Shown piece by piece: positions 1 through 9,587 of a stretch of 24,830 nucleotides of DNA. The stretch is taken from contig JAZSKX010000008.1 in NCBI GenBank assembly GCA_045535075.1, forward strand, positions 1 through 24,830, given 5' to 3'. Source of the DNA: Candidatus Spyradenecus sp. (GTDB taxonomy: Bacteria > Verrucomicrobiota > Verrucomicrobiia > Opitutales > UBA953). Positions within the stretch are counted from its first letter, which is position 1. Each line of letters begins with the position of its first letter. The notes beneath the pieces were generated by a model that saw only the letters and a list, made by a program, of their open reading frames with translations, made no database searches and had not been told where the DNA came from. The position numbers and the translations under genes are program-made.

Positions 1-450
1 GATCGAAAGCGTGCTCAAAAGGAACGTTACGATCGAGAACTGGAAAAACCAAAATGCCGCGTTCACGCGTTCCGGCGGGATAACCACCTTATTTTCCAAG
101 AACCAAAGCCCTATCGTTTCCGAAAGCAAAAGCAGGATAACGACCAACCCGAAGTAGATAAGTTGCGTAAGATTAAAGGTTTGTTTGAGCCGCTCGGTGT
201 TTTTTTGCCCGAGCTCAAAGTTGAAGAAACGGGAACACGATGCCGACATTGTTCCCGAAAGGAACGCAAACATCGTTACGACGCCGCCGATCACCGTCGT
301 CAGTCCGTAATCTTCCGCGCCGAGAGCCTGAAGCAAAACACGCGTCGCAAAAATCCCGACAAAGGTCGTGAACGCCATCTTCACGTAGAGCATCAGCGTA
401 TTCTTCGCGATACGCTTGTTGTTCTCGGAAACTGTCGCTGCCTTCGGCAT
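1..450 (-). CDS. wzx: Polysaccharide flippase (Wzx/MATE-like), 5' part; runs off the window edge
   Basis: Not in the ORF track because it has no stop in the window. Manual translation from ATG at 450 gives MPKAATVSENNKRIAKNTLMLYVKMAFTTFVGIFATRVLLQALGAEDYGLTTVIGGVVTMFAFLSGTMSASCSRFFNFELG..., the typical N-terminus (RIAKNTL..Y, LG.EDYG, multiple TM helices) of Bacteroides-type Wzx flippases. Confidence 0.85.
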   Translation of the reverse strand, partial: MPKAATVSENNKRIAKNTLMLYVKMAFTTFVGIFATRVLLQALGAEDYGLTTVIGGVVTMFAFLSGTMSASCSRFFNFELGQKNTERLKQTFNLTQLIYFGLVVILLLLSETIGLWFLENKVVIPPERVNAAFWFFQFSIVTFLLSTLSI

Positions 451-701
451 GAAAGGAGAAAGGAGAGAGATTAAAGATTAGAGGTTAAAGAATGCGTTCC
501 CGCGTATCGCACAGACGAACGCGAATAAAGTTTCCCGCCGCCAAAAGCCATTCCCGCGAAGCGGTTAAAAACCGCTTCTCCCAAGGAGAAATCTGCCCAG
601 AAACCAAGAATTCCCGATTGCAGATTCAACTTGCGTTCGGCAAAAATCGCTTGCAATGCTTTATTTATGCGGGTTAAATCGTATGCAAACTTTGAGAAAC
701 C

Positions 702-1853
702 ATGTTTATTCAACGCAAAATCGCCGCAGAAATAATCGCTCAGCAGGAATTTTTCCCCGTAACAACAATTACGGGACCTCGCCAATCGGGAAAGACAACG
801 CTGTGCAAAGAACTCTTTCCAGCCTACCGCTACGTCAATATGGAAGATGCGGGAACGCGATTTTCTGCGATTAAGTCGCCGAGAGAATTTCTTCTCGAGC
901 ATTCCGACGGCGGCAATCTCATCATTGACGAAGCTCAACGAGCGCCGGAACTTTTTTCCGCAACGCAAGTGCTCGTGGACGAAGACCGTTCCCGTCGCTT
1001 CGTTTTTACGGGAAGCAGCAATTTTGCGCTGATGCGCGGCATCACACAGTCGCTCGCTGGGCGCACGTCTATTTTCACACTCCTGCCCTTCTCGCTCGAC
1101 GAACTTTCCTCCGAACATCGTGCAATATCGACCGACAAGCTGATTTTTCGCGGGAGTTACCCGAAATTGCAAACTTCCGGTATTTCCGAGAACGCATTTT
1201 ACTCCAACTATTACACCTCGTATATCGAACGGGATTTGCGTGAATTCGTCAACGTGCGCGACCTTTCCGCGTTCGAAGATTTTATGCGGCTTTGTGCGAG
1301 CTCTGTCGGATGCGAAATCAACGCTACGAAGTTTGCCAATATGCTCGGAATCTCGCGAGAAACCGTCCATGCGTGGATTTCGACGCTCGAAGCCGCCTAT
1401 CTGGTATTTCGACTGCCGCCTTTTTTCAAAAATATTCGCAAGCGCATCGTCAAAGCGCACAAACTGTATTTTTACGATCCCGGTTTGGCGTGCTGGTTGC
1501 TCAACATCAATTCCGAAGAACAGCTGCAAAACCATCCCCTGCGCGGAGAATTGTTTGAAAACTTCGTTATTTCCGAACAACTCAAAAGGAAATTCAACGT
1601 CGCACGCCGCCCGAATTTCTACTTTTACCGGGACAATTTGCAAAAGGAAATTGATCTTATCGAAGAGGAAGGCGGCAAAATTCACGCCTACGAAATCAAA
1701 GTTGCGCGGACTTTCCACAAGGATTTTTTCAAAAACCTTGATTATTTCCGCACGATTTTCGGCGATGAAATTGCCACCACCCAAGTCATTTACGACGGAG
1801 AATCGGAACTGAACACGCCGAAAAACGGCTTCGTCAATTTCAGAAATATTTGA
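702..1853 (+). CDS. AAA+ ATPase (AAA_14) with C-terminal DUF4143 domain
   Basis: Walker A GPRQSGKT, Walker B LIIDEAQ, TGS motif, RTSIFTLLPFS, YIERDL, KLYFYDPGL, GELFEN, and C-terminal YFYRD..KEIDLI..EIK. Confidence 0.9.
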   Translation: MFIQRKIAAEIIAQQEFFPVTTITGPRQSGKTTLCKELFPAYRYVNMEDAGTRFSAIKSPREFLLEHSDGGNLIIDEAQRAPELFSATQVLVDEDRSRRFVFTGSSNFALMRGITQSLAGRTSIFTLLPFSLDELSSEHRAISTDKLIFRGSYPKLQTSGISENAFYSNYYTSYIERDLREFVNVRDLSAFEDFMRLCASSVGCEINATKFANMLGISRETVHAWISTLEAAYLVFRLPPFFKNIRKRIVKAHKLYFYDPGLACWLLNINSEEQLQNHPLRGELFENFVISEQLKRKFNVARRPNFYFYRDNLQKEIDLIEEEGGKIHAYEIKVARTFHKDFFKNLDYFRTIFGDEIATTQVIYDGESELNTPKNGFVNFRNI

Positions 1854-1953
1854 CATTCCCGCGCCACACGACGAAGAGCGGTAAGCGAAAGCTCGGAACC
1901 ATGTCTTCGCGTCCAAAGGGAAATCTGTGTTTGTCCGTATCATCGGCGGAGAA

Positions 1954-2475
1954 TTATTTGGTGCTTAAAAGCCCGTCGAGGAGCGGGAGGGCTTCGGTGA
2001 GGCGGGATTTCCAGAGCGTGAGTTCGGCGACGCGGGAACGCGCAAACGCGGCATCGGCGGCGGGAACGGCAGAATTTTTCCCGGCGGACTCTTCGGCTTG
2101 CGCGAGGCGGATGTCCGCTTTTTCCAGCGCGGGAACGAGGATTTCCTTCAAAAAGCCTTGGACAAATTTCTTCAGATCCGTTTCCGCCGTGAAATAATCG
2201 CGGCGTTCTCCGATTTTGAGGCAAACCCGCGCCGCGCCCAACCGACGCAAAAACAAAAGCGCCTCGACGGTCGAGCCGCGTGATATTTGAAGCCGTTCCT
2301 GAATTTCCTGCGCCGAAATCGGCTCGCGGGAACAATAAAGTACGCCGTAAACCAAGGCGACGGACTTACGAAAGCCGAACATCGCCGCCGCCCGCACAAA
2401 CACATCGAGCACCGCCAATTCCCACTCGGGAATCACGGATTTTTCCGCAGGATTAACTGAAACTTCGGTATTCAA
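1954..2475 (-). CDS. GbsR/MarR-family winged-helix transcriptional regulator
   Basis: FGFRKSVALVYGVLY...PISAQEIQERLQISRGSTVEALLFLRRLGA...GERRDYFTAE pattern. TTG start, exact start uncertain. Confidence 0.75.
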   Translation of the reverse strand: MNTEVSVNPAEKSVIPEWELAVLDVFVRAAAMFGFRKSVALVYGVLYCSREPISAQEIQERLQISRGSTVEALLFLRRLGAARVCLKIGERRDYFTAETDLKKFVQGFLKEILVPALEKADIRLAQAEESAGKNSAVPAADAAFARSRVAELTLWKSRLTEALPLLDGLLSTK

Positions 2476-2520
2476 AATATGTTTTCGATTAAATTTTTAT
2501 GAATTTCTTAAGCGCCTCTT

Positions 2521-3789
2521 TTAAATTTTCATAAAATTCGCCTGGGATGCCTTGGAGCTCTCGGGTGCTAAGTAAACGAATTCGGTAATTTGACGATTCA
2601 CGTCATTGACGTCGTAATACGTCTCGGCAAGGCGGCGGCTCTCGCGACCGTGCACGAGAACGCTTTCCGGATTTTCGAGGTAAAACTTCATCGCCACAGC
2701 AAGTGCTTCGGCATTTTTTGCGGGAACGAGGAAGCCGTTGTCTCCCATCAGAATCTCGGTTTCGTGTTCACGCGGATTCACGGGAAGCGGCAGATCGACA
2801 AACTTCCCTATCGCCGAATCGTAACGCCGACAAGAGTTTTCAAAAAAAACAACTTCGCGGCAACCGGGTGTGTTCGCAACGATCACGGGACGCCCGATAG
2901 CCATCGCTTCAAGCGCAGAACGGGGAGTGCCTTCTCCGTAATACGACGGAAGAACAAATACAGCACTCGAACGGATTATCGGTCTAACATCACGACTCGT
3001 TCCAAGGTAGCGGCATACGTGTTTTCCCTCCCATTCATCCAATTGTGTTTTCGTAATTGCAGTTGGGTTGACATCCAAACCGCCGAGAATTCGAAATTCT
3101 GCCGTTTTCCCGGAAGCTGTGAGTATTTTTCCGGCATCAATATATTCCCGAATTCCCTTGTTCGCGACCAACCGTCCAATGAACAAAAATGTTTCTTTAT
3201 CAAAATCCGAAGAATAAGAAAAATCATCCAGTCCTACTCCGGAGCCATAAACACGTTTTAATGGTATACGGGAACGCTTCAAAAAATTTTTCTGAACAAA
3301 TTCCATGTCATCCGGATTCTGGAAAATCATTCCGTCAAAGCATTTAACGGAGAAACGATAGAGAAGTGAGGCAACCTTATTTACAATTTTGTATTTCAAT
3401 CCGGAGGATTCAGTAAATGCGTAACCCAAGCCGGTCACCATCGCGAATGTTTTCCGGATTCCGGCAAATTTTGCAGCCAAGCCACCGTAAATAACAGCCT
3501 TCTGCTGAAACAGAAATGCGACATCAATGCGTTCCCGACGCATCAATTTCGCCATACGCAGAACCAAAGAAACATCCGCGAACGGATTAAGAGAAGCCCG
3601 CCCGACGGGGATCGGAACAAATTTCACGCCGACGGCTTCCAAGTCTTTCGCTGTTGCGGTACTGTCTTCACAAGCAGTCGCCACCACCTCATGTCCCAAC
3701 GTGCGCCAATGCTTGATCAGCGGCAGACGAAAACCGTTGAGCGAGCTTGCGCCGCTAGAAGCAATAAGAATTTTTTTCTTATTATCCAT
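2521..3789 (-). CDS. Glycosyltransferase family 4 (CapM/PglA-like)
   Basis: FRLPLI, VTGLGYAF, FQNPDD, GSGV, GRL..KGIREY, VLPSYYGEGTPRSALEAMAIGRPVI..PGCREVV motifs. ATG at 3789 chosen; upstream in-frame starts exist. Confidence 0.88.
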   Translation of the reverse strand: MDNKKKILIASSGASSLNGFRLPLIKHWRTLGHEVVATACEDSTATAKDLEAVGVKFVPIPVGRASLNPFADVSLVLRMAKLMRRERIDVAFLFQQKAVIYGGLAAKFAGIRKTFAMVTGLGYAFTESSGLKYKIVNKVASLLYRFSVKCFDGMIFQNPDDMEFVQKNFLKRSRIPLKRVYGSGVGLDDFSYSSDFDKETFLFIGRLVANKGIREYIDAGKILTASGKTAEFRILGGLDVNPTAITKTQLDEWEGKHVCRYLGTSRDVRPIIRSSAVFVLPSYYGEGTPRSALEAMAIGRPVIVANTPGCREVVFFENSCRRYDSAIGKFVDLPLPVNPREHETEILMGDNGFLVPAKNAEALAVAMKFYLENPESVLVHGRESRRLAETYYDVNDVNRQITEFVYLAPESSKASQANFMKI

Positions 3790-3802
3790 CTTTAGTGCTT
3801 TC

Positions 3803-4861
3803 TCACACATAAAATTCCCGATACCACCGGGCAAATTTTCTCAAGCCATCCCGAAGCGACGTTGACGGTTTAAATCCGAAATCCTTTTCCAAATCTGATG
3901 TTTCGGCAAACGTCACGGGAACGTCTCCCGCCTGCATCGGAACAAGCTCTTTATGCGCTTCAAAATCGTAATCTTCAGGAAGAAGACCTGCTCGAATAAG
4001 TTCTTCCTGTAAGATGCTAACAAAATCCAAGAGATTTTCCGGATTGCTGTTTCCGATATTGTAAACCTTATACGGAGGAATCGGGAGACCATCACCGCCA
4101 GTTTTTTTCTCAGGGGCTTTCTCCATCACGCGAATAACGCCTTCAACGATATCGTCGATGTAAGTAAAATCCCGCTTACAATTCCCGTAGTTGAAAATTT
4201 TTATTTTTTCTCCGCTTAAAAGTTTATTAGTAAACCCGAAATACGCCATATCCGGACGCCCTGCAGGTCCGTAAACAGTAAAGAAACGTAAGCCGGTAGA
4301 CGGGATGTTATAGAGTTTGCTATACGCATGCGCCATCAACTCATTGCTCTTTTTAGTTGCAGCATAAAGAGATACCGGATTATCAACCTTGTCGTCCGTA
4401 GAATAAGGAACTTTCGCATTCGATCCGTAAACGGAAGAACTCGAAGCATAAACTAAGTGTTGAACTCCCGCGTTTCCGTCGTCGTAAGAATGCCGACACG
4501 CTTCTAAGATATTATAAAACCCAATGATGTTGGATGCGACGTAAGCATCGGGATTGGTAATGGAATACCGTACACCCGCTTGCGCGGCCAAGTTAACAAC
4601 GATTTCCGGAGAAAATTCGCGAAACACCTTTTTAATTAAATCGGCATCTGCAATATCACCTTTTACGAAAGTCCATTCGCACTCCGGAAAATCATCAACG
4701 CATTTCTCAACTTCACGAAGACGAAACTCTTTTAACGAAACATCGTAGTAATCGTTCATGTTATCGAGTCCGACGATCTGAACGCTCGGATGCTTTCTTA
4801 TCAGAGACTTTACTAAATTGGCTCCGACAAAACCAGCAACACCTGTTATCAAAACCTTCAT
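3803..4861 (-). CDS. NAD-dependent epimerase, UDP-glucuronate 4-epimerase-like (SDR)
   Basis: TGVAGFVG, DNMNDYYDVSLKEFRL, NLAAQAGVRYSITNP, YASSSSVYG, YAATKK, LRFFTVYGPAGRPDMA. Adjacent to ugd. Confidence 0.88.
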   Translation of the reverse strand: MKVLITGVAGFVGANLVKSLIRKHPSVQIVGLDNMNDYYDVSLKEFRLREVEKCVDDFPECEWTFVKGDIADADLIKKVFREFSPEIVVNLAAQAGVRYSITNPDAYVASNIIGFYNILEACRHSYDDGNAGVQHLVYASSSSVYGSNAKVPYSTDDKVDNPVSLYAATKKSNELMAHAYSKLYNIPSTGLRFFTVYGPAGRPDMAYFGFTNKLLSGEKIKIFNYGNCKRDFTYIDDIVEGVIRVMEKAPEKKTGGDGLPIPPYKVYNIGNSNPENLLDFVSILQEELIRAGLLPEDYDFEAHKELVPMQAGDVPVTFAETSDLEKDFGFKPSTSLRDGLRKFARWYREFYV

Positions 4862-4864
4862 TGA

Positions 4865-6097
4865 TCAATCCCTCCTGAACAAATCTCGTGTATAGACTTT
4901 TGCTTTTACATCCGACAAAACAGCATCGTAACGATTTGCAATAATCGCATGCGATTTTGCCTTAAACACCGCTAAATCGTTCACGACTTCACTTCCGAAA
5001 AACATCGTTCCGTTTTCCAAAGTCGGTTCGTAAATGATGATTTTTGCACCTTTGGCTTTGATACGTTTCATCACACCCTGAATCGCGCTTTGTCGGAAAT
5101 TATCCGAACCGCTTTTCATCGTCAGACGAAACACACCAATTATCGTTTCGTGCTCTCGTGAGGCCTCCCACGAACTTGAACTTGTGTAATAGCCCGCCTT
5201 TGCCAAAACCTGATCCGCTATAAAATCTTTACGCGTGCTGTTGCTTTCCACAATCGCGCTCATCATATTCTGCGGCACATCAGCATAATTAGCCAAAAGC
5301 TGTTTCGTATCTTTCGGAAGGCAATAGCCCCCGTAACCAAAAGACGGATTGTTGTAGTGAGAACCGATGCGCGAATCTAAACCCACGCCTTCGATAATCT
5401 GACGCGCATCCAAGCCTTTCATAACAGCGTAGGTATCCAGCTCGTTAAAGTAGCTCACACGCAACGCCAAGTAAGTATTCGCAAACAGCTTCACAGCCTC
5501 GGCTTCCGTACACCCCATGAAAAGCACAGGAACATTTGGATTGAGAGAACATGCTTTCAATAGCTCCGAAAACGTTTTCGCGCGAGATTCTGCCTCGCTG
5601 TTCTCCTGATCGTAGCCGACAATAATGCGCGACGGATAAAGATTGTCGTAAAGCGCTCTCCCCTCCCGCAAAAATTCCGGGGCGAACAAAATATTCTTCG
5701 TCCCGAATTGTTGCTTTACCCGCTCCGTGTAGCCGACAGGAATCGTCGATTTAATAACGATCGTCGCCGACGGATTCACCGACAAAACTTTTTCGATAAC
5801 ATCTTCTACCGCAGAGCAGTCGAAGAAATTTTTCTGCGGATCGTAATTTGTCGGAGTCGCTACGACGACAAAATCTGCGTTCCCGTACGCAGTTCGCCAA
5901 TCCTCTGTCGCCTGTAAATCCAACGTTTTATTCGCGAGATAATCCTCAATCTCTGCATCCCGAATCGGCGATTTTTTCGCATTCACCAGCTCAATCCGCT
6001 CCGGAGCAATGTCCACAGCAACAACTTTGTTTCTCTGAGCTAACAAAACCGCAAGGCTCATCCCCACGTACCCCGTTCCCGCAACTGCAATTGTCAT
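4865..6097 (-). CDS. ugd: UDP-glucose 6-dehydrogenase (copy 1)
   Basis: [38 protein letters not shown], catalytic [10 protein letters not shown]. Start set to match the paralog (alternative ATG at 6112). Confidence 0.92.
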   Translation of the reverse strand: MTIAVAGTGYVGMSLAVLLAQRNKVVAVDIAPERIELVNAKKSPIRDAEIEDYLANKTLDLQATEDWRTAYGNADFVVVATPTNYDPQKNFFDCSAVEDVIEKVLSVNPSATIVIKSTIPVGYTERVKQQFGTKNILFAPEFLREGRALYDNLYPSRIIVGYDQENSEAESRAKTFSELLKACSLNPNVPVLFMGCTEAEAVKLFANTYLALRVSYFNELDTYAVMKGLDARQIIEGVGLDSRIGSHYNNPSFGYGGYCLPKDTKQLLANYADVPQNMMSAIVESNSTRKDFIADQVLAKAGYYTSSSSWEASREHETIIGVFRLTMKSGSDNFRQSAIQGVMKRIKAKGAKIIIYEPTLENGTMFFGSEVVNDLAVFKAKSHAIIANRYDAVLSDVKAKVYTRDLFRRD

Positions 6098-6163
6098 AAG
6101 ATGATGTTTCATTCGAGAAATATTTCTTGAATTGAAGTCGTTCCGCCTAGGAGCATGAGAACT

Positions 6164-6499
<336 letters not shown>

Positions 6500-6507
6500 T
6501 CACATAT

Positions 6508-6596
6508 CGGCTTGAAAAGCCGGACAACAATAACCGCAGGTAACTGCGTTACCTGCGGGATCTGCATAAAGATATGATGCGCTTGGAAAGCGCAAC
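6508..6596. repeat. Multi-hairpin REP-like end of the IS200-like element (downstream end)
   Basis: Three hairpins: CGGCTT-GA-AAGCCG, CCGCAGGTAAC-TGC-GTTACCTGCGG, TGCGCTT-GGA-AAGCGCA. Imperfect inverted copy at 7120-7207. Confidence 0.85.
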
Positions 6597-6615
6597 GATG
6601 CAGCGGCTTCGAGAC

Positions 6616-7068
6616 TTAGTCTTTCTGCCAATATTGTTCGTCCGGATTGATACCGTTTTCCTGCAGTATTTTTCTGTATTCGCTCTCAAAATTTACGACC
6701 TTGTGATGTTCCCGCTGTCGAGCAATGTAGGCGACGACACGCTCTTTGTCGGCTTCGCTCACGGCAAGCGCGGCGTATTGGCTTCCCCAAGCAATGAAAT
6801 CCGGAAAAATCGTATGCTGTTTTTTCAGCCAGGCGTGAGTTGAGGTTTTTAATTCTTTTACAAAATCGGAGACTGCAATCGAGGGATGAAGATCGACCAA
6901 AAGGTGAAGATGATTGGGAATTCCGTTTATTCTGTGAAGTACGCATTTCTTTCCGCGAACAAATCCCCAAATATAACGGTAGAGCTTTTCCGCGTGTTCG
7001 TTCGGGAACGCGTCGCGACTGTATTTGGTGCGAATGATAACGTGGAGAAGCAGATTCGTGTAACTCAT
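6616..7068 (-). CDS. tnpA: IS200/IS605-family (RAYT-like) HUH Y1 transposase
   Basis: MSYTNLLLHVIIRTKY, HUH motif NHLHLL, FIAWGSQY, catalytic YIARQREHH; 150 aa; no tnpB. Confidence 0.9.
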   Translation of the reverse strand: MSYTNLLLHVIIRTKYSRDAFPNEHAEKLYRYIWGFVRGKKCVLHRINGIPNHLHLLVDLHPSIAVSDFVKELKTSTHAWLKKQHTIFPDFIAWGSQYAALAVSEADKERVVAYIARQREHHKVVNFESEYRKILQENGINPDEQYWQKD

Positions 7069-7119
7069 GGATAAGAAAAACGACAAAGAAAATCGTTTTT
7101 AGCGTAACGGCAACACAAT

Positions 7120-7207
7120 GTTGCGCTTTTTAAGCGCATTTCCCTTTGCCGGTCTCCACAGGTAACTTGCGTTACCTGCGGTTATTATTGTCCGGCCTTT
7201 TAAGCCG
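7120..7207. repeat. Multi-hairpin REP-like end of the IS200-like element (upstream end)
   Basis: TGCGCTT..AAGCGCA, CCACAGGTAAC..GTTACCTGCGG, CGGCCTTTTAAGCCG. The reverse complement aligns with 6508-6596. Confidence 0.85.
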
Positions 7208-7349
7208 TTCGGATTTCGGGGAGCATTGCCTTTTGCAATCAAAGAAAGGTGTTCTGTCACGGAGGATAATCATGCGGATATTGTTCCCGACGGACTTTCG
7301 GAACAACGGTTTTGTTGCGTTTTTCAAGACAGTTGACTGTGGGGAAACA

Positions 7350-8402
7350 TCATCCGAACGTTCCCGCCCAAAAACGCTCGGCGGCGGCAAACGTTACTCC
7401 GCGCATCGACAAATAGCGCGTGCGCAAAAGGCGCGGGGACGAGTGCCCCATCTCGCATTGGAGCTGCGGGAGGTTTTTGAAAAATTTCAAATGATAGCTC
7501 GCGAACGTGTGGCGTAGCACGTCCTGTTGCCACGGGTTTTCCGGTGAGCGCCAGCCGGCGGTGCGGCGAATGCGTTTCCACTTGCGTTGCCAGTTCGGCG
7601 GACAAATTTTTTCGTCGGAAAAACGGGAACGCGCGGCAAGCAATTTTTCTAAAACCGGCAGAATGCTGACATGCCGGCTTCCTCCCGTTTTGCTGTGTAT
7701 CGGCGAAATCGAAATCACTTTTTCTTCCCAATCGATGTCGCTCCAGTAGAGGCGCTCGACTTCGCGCGGACGAATGCCCGCAAACAACATCAGTGCGATC
7801 GCGGGAACGCATTCCCGCAAGTTCAGCTTCCGCGAGGCAGAGAAAATTGACGCGATTTCGACAAGTGACAACGGACAGATTTCACGCTCCTTCGGAATAG
7901 GAAAATCCGTCGCCGTTATCGGGTTTTCCCGGCACCACCCGTGCCGCACACAATAGGCAAAAAACGAATGAAGCACGGCGCGCGCCTTGCGCCGCTGGCG
8001 CGGGGTGTTGAATGCAATTTCAAGAATTTTTCCGAACGTCGGTGTATCCGCTGTATGGATACGCATAAGCGAACTTGTCGGGAATTGAGACAAAATCGAG
8101 GAAAAAACTTGCCGATAATCACAAATTGAGCGTTCCCGCAAATGGCTTTTGGAAACGAGGAATTTCTTAAAAGCTTCGCGAAAATTCGGCGTACGGCGTT
8201 CCCGCGAGGCTGCATCGCAACCGATGCGAAAAATACTCCGCAAGCGACACAGCTTTTTCGTTCGACCGAGCTCGCTGAGTTCTTTGACGAAACGCGCGGC
8301 ATCAAGCACGCCGATATCCGTATTTTCGAGGATTTTCTGCGCGCTCGCCGCCTGTGCCACGAGCTCTTTGCTGACCCGAATTTTAAAGCCTTTCGTTTTC
8401 AT
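7350..8402 (-). CDS. Tyrosine recombinase / site-specific integrase (candidate invertase)
   Basis: Catalytic residues: GIRPREV (R), SKTG (K), DVLRHTFASY (R; the first His of HxxR is replaced by Asp), MGHSS (H), RTRYL (Y). Core-binding region ending AYCVRHGWCRENP. ATG is 23 bp from the right repeat. Confidence 0.92.
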   Translation of the reverse strand: MKTKGFKIRVSKELVAQAASAQKILENTDIGVLDAARFVKELSELGRTKKLCRLRSIFRIGCDAASRERRTPNFREAFKKFLVSKSHLRERSICDYRQVFSSILSQFPTSSLMRIHTADTPTFGKILEIAFNTPRQRRKARAVLHSFFAYCVRHGWCRENPITATDFPIPKEREICPLSLVEIASIFSASRKLNLRECVPAIALMLFAGIRPREVERLYWSDIDWEEKVISISPIHSKTGGSRHVSILPVLEKLLAARSRFSDEKICPPNWQRKWKRIRRTAGWRSPENPWQQDVLRHTFASYHLKFFKNLPQLQCEMGHSSPRLLRTRYLSMRGVTFAAAERFWAGTFG

Positions 8403-8425
8403 AGCTCCACCAATCTACCCGCAAA

Positions 8426-8454
8426 GCTTACCGAATGGGAAATTCGTTAGGCTT
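8426..8454 (+). repeat. Right 29-bp inverted repeat; putative tyrosine-recombinase core site
   Basis: GCTTACCGAATGGGAAATTCGTTAGGCTT, the exact reverse complement of 6369-6397; 13 bp upstream of the fnlA ATG. Confidence 0.9.
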
Positions 8455-8467
8455 TGAGAGTTAGAAT

Positions 8468-9487
8468 ATGTCTATTTTTAAGGATAAAACTCTGTTAATC
8501 ACGGGCGGAACCGGGTCTTTCGGGAATGCTGTTTTGAAGCGCTTTCTGGATTCGGACATTCGCGAAATCCGCATTTTTTCGCGCGACGAAAAAAAACAGG
8601 ACGATATGCGCCACCAGTTGCAAAGTCCGAAGGTTAAATTTTACATCGGTGACGTGAGGGATCGCCGATCGGTTGACGGCGCGATGACCGGTGTGGATTA
8701 CATCTTCCACGCAGCGGCACTGAAGCAGGTGCCGTCCTGCGAATTTTTCCCGATGCAGGCAGTTCAAACCAATGTTTACGGTACGGAAAACGTCCTCGAT
8801 TCCGCGATTGCACACGGCGTGAAAAACGTGGTCGTGCTCTCGACGGACAAGGCCTGCTACCCGATCAACGCAATGGGAATTTCCAAGGCGATGATGGAAA
8901 AAGTCGCTGTCGCCAAAGCACGCCAGCTCGGAAAAAACGCGGGAACAACAATCTGTTGCACCCGTTACGGGAACGTGATGGCGAGCCGCGGGAGCGTGAT
9001 TCCGCTTTGGGTTGATCAAATCAAAGCCGGAAACGACATCACGATTACCGACCCGAACATGACACGCTTTATGATGACGCTCGACGATGCCGTAGACTTG
9101 GTGCTCTACGCTTTTGAGCACGGGAACGGCGGAGATTTGTTTGTCCAGAAAGCTCCGGCGGCAACGCTTGACGTGCTCGCCGACGCGCTGAAAGGACTCT
9201 ACAAAAGCGACGCGACCGTCCGCGTCATCGGCACGCGCCACGGCGAAAAACTTTACGAAACGCTCGTCAGCCGCGAAGAAATGGCGAAAGCCGAAGACAT
9301 GGGCGAATATTTCCGTATTCCCTGCGACACGCGCGACTTGAACTACGATAAATTTTTTGTGGACGGGCAGGAAAAAGTTTCCGCCATCGAAGACTACCAT
9401 TCTCACAACACGGCGCGCTTGGATGTCGAAGGGATGAAGAAGCTTTTGCTGAAGCTGGAAATGATTCGCGAAGAAGTCAAAATATAA
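8468..9487 (+). CDS. fnlA: UDP-GlcNAc 4,6-dehydratase/epimerase (FnlA/WbjB/CapE)
   Basis: TGGTGSFG, FSRDEKKQDDMR, HAAALKQVPSCEFFP, STDKA, MGISK (Met replacing the SDR Tyr, as in WbjB/CapE), RYGNVMASRGSVIP. Confidence 0.92.
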   Translation: MSIFKDKTLLITGGTGSFGNAVLKRFLDSDIREIRIFSRDEKKQDDMRHQLQSPKVKFYIGDVRDRRSVDGAMTGVDYIFHAAALKQVPSCEFFPMQAVQTNVYGTENVLDSAIAHGVKNVVVLSTDKACYPINAMGISKAMMEKVAVAKARQLGKNAGTTICCTRYGNVMASRGSVIPLWVDQIKAGNDITITDPNMTRFMMTLDDAVDLVLYAFEHGNGGDLFVQKAPAATLDVLADALKGLYKSDATVRVIGTRHGEKLYETLVSREEMAKAEDMGEYFRIPCDTRDLNYDKFFVDGQEKVSAIEDYHSHNTARLDVEGMKKLLLKLEMIREEVKI

Positions 9488-9488
9488 T

Positions 9489-9576
9489 TACGCACAGATT
9501 CCCGCAGATTTTATTTTTATTAAATTCAACTCATAAGATAATGCAGGTTCTGCGAAAATCCGCCGAATCCGCGTGA
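9489..9576. repeat. Intergenic imperfect hairpin of the CRCRGATT/AATCYGYG repeat family
   Basis: Left arm CGCACAGATTCCCGCAGATT, right arm TCTGCGAAAATCCGCCGAATCCGCGTG. Loose pairing. Confidence 0.55.
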
Positions 9577-9587
9577 AAAAAGAAGAT

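Noticed and set aside
163..474. 103-aa plus-strand ORF
   Set aside because: Antisense to the partial wzx, which has clear family motifs.
471..1943. 490-aa minus-strand ORF
   Set aside because: Antisense shadow of the well-supported AAA_14/DUF4143 gene; no recognisable motifs.
7350..8402. Integrase as marker of a prophage or ICE
   Set aside because: No phage or conjugation genes, no tRNA target, and the flanking repeats are inverted rather than direct.
8495..9406. 303-aa minus-strand ORF (likewise 2590-3261, 11451-12110, 12975-13571)
   Set aside because: Antisense shadows of conserved sugar-pathway genes.
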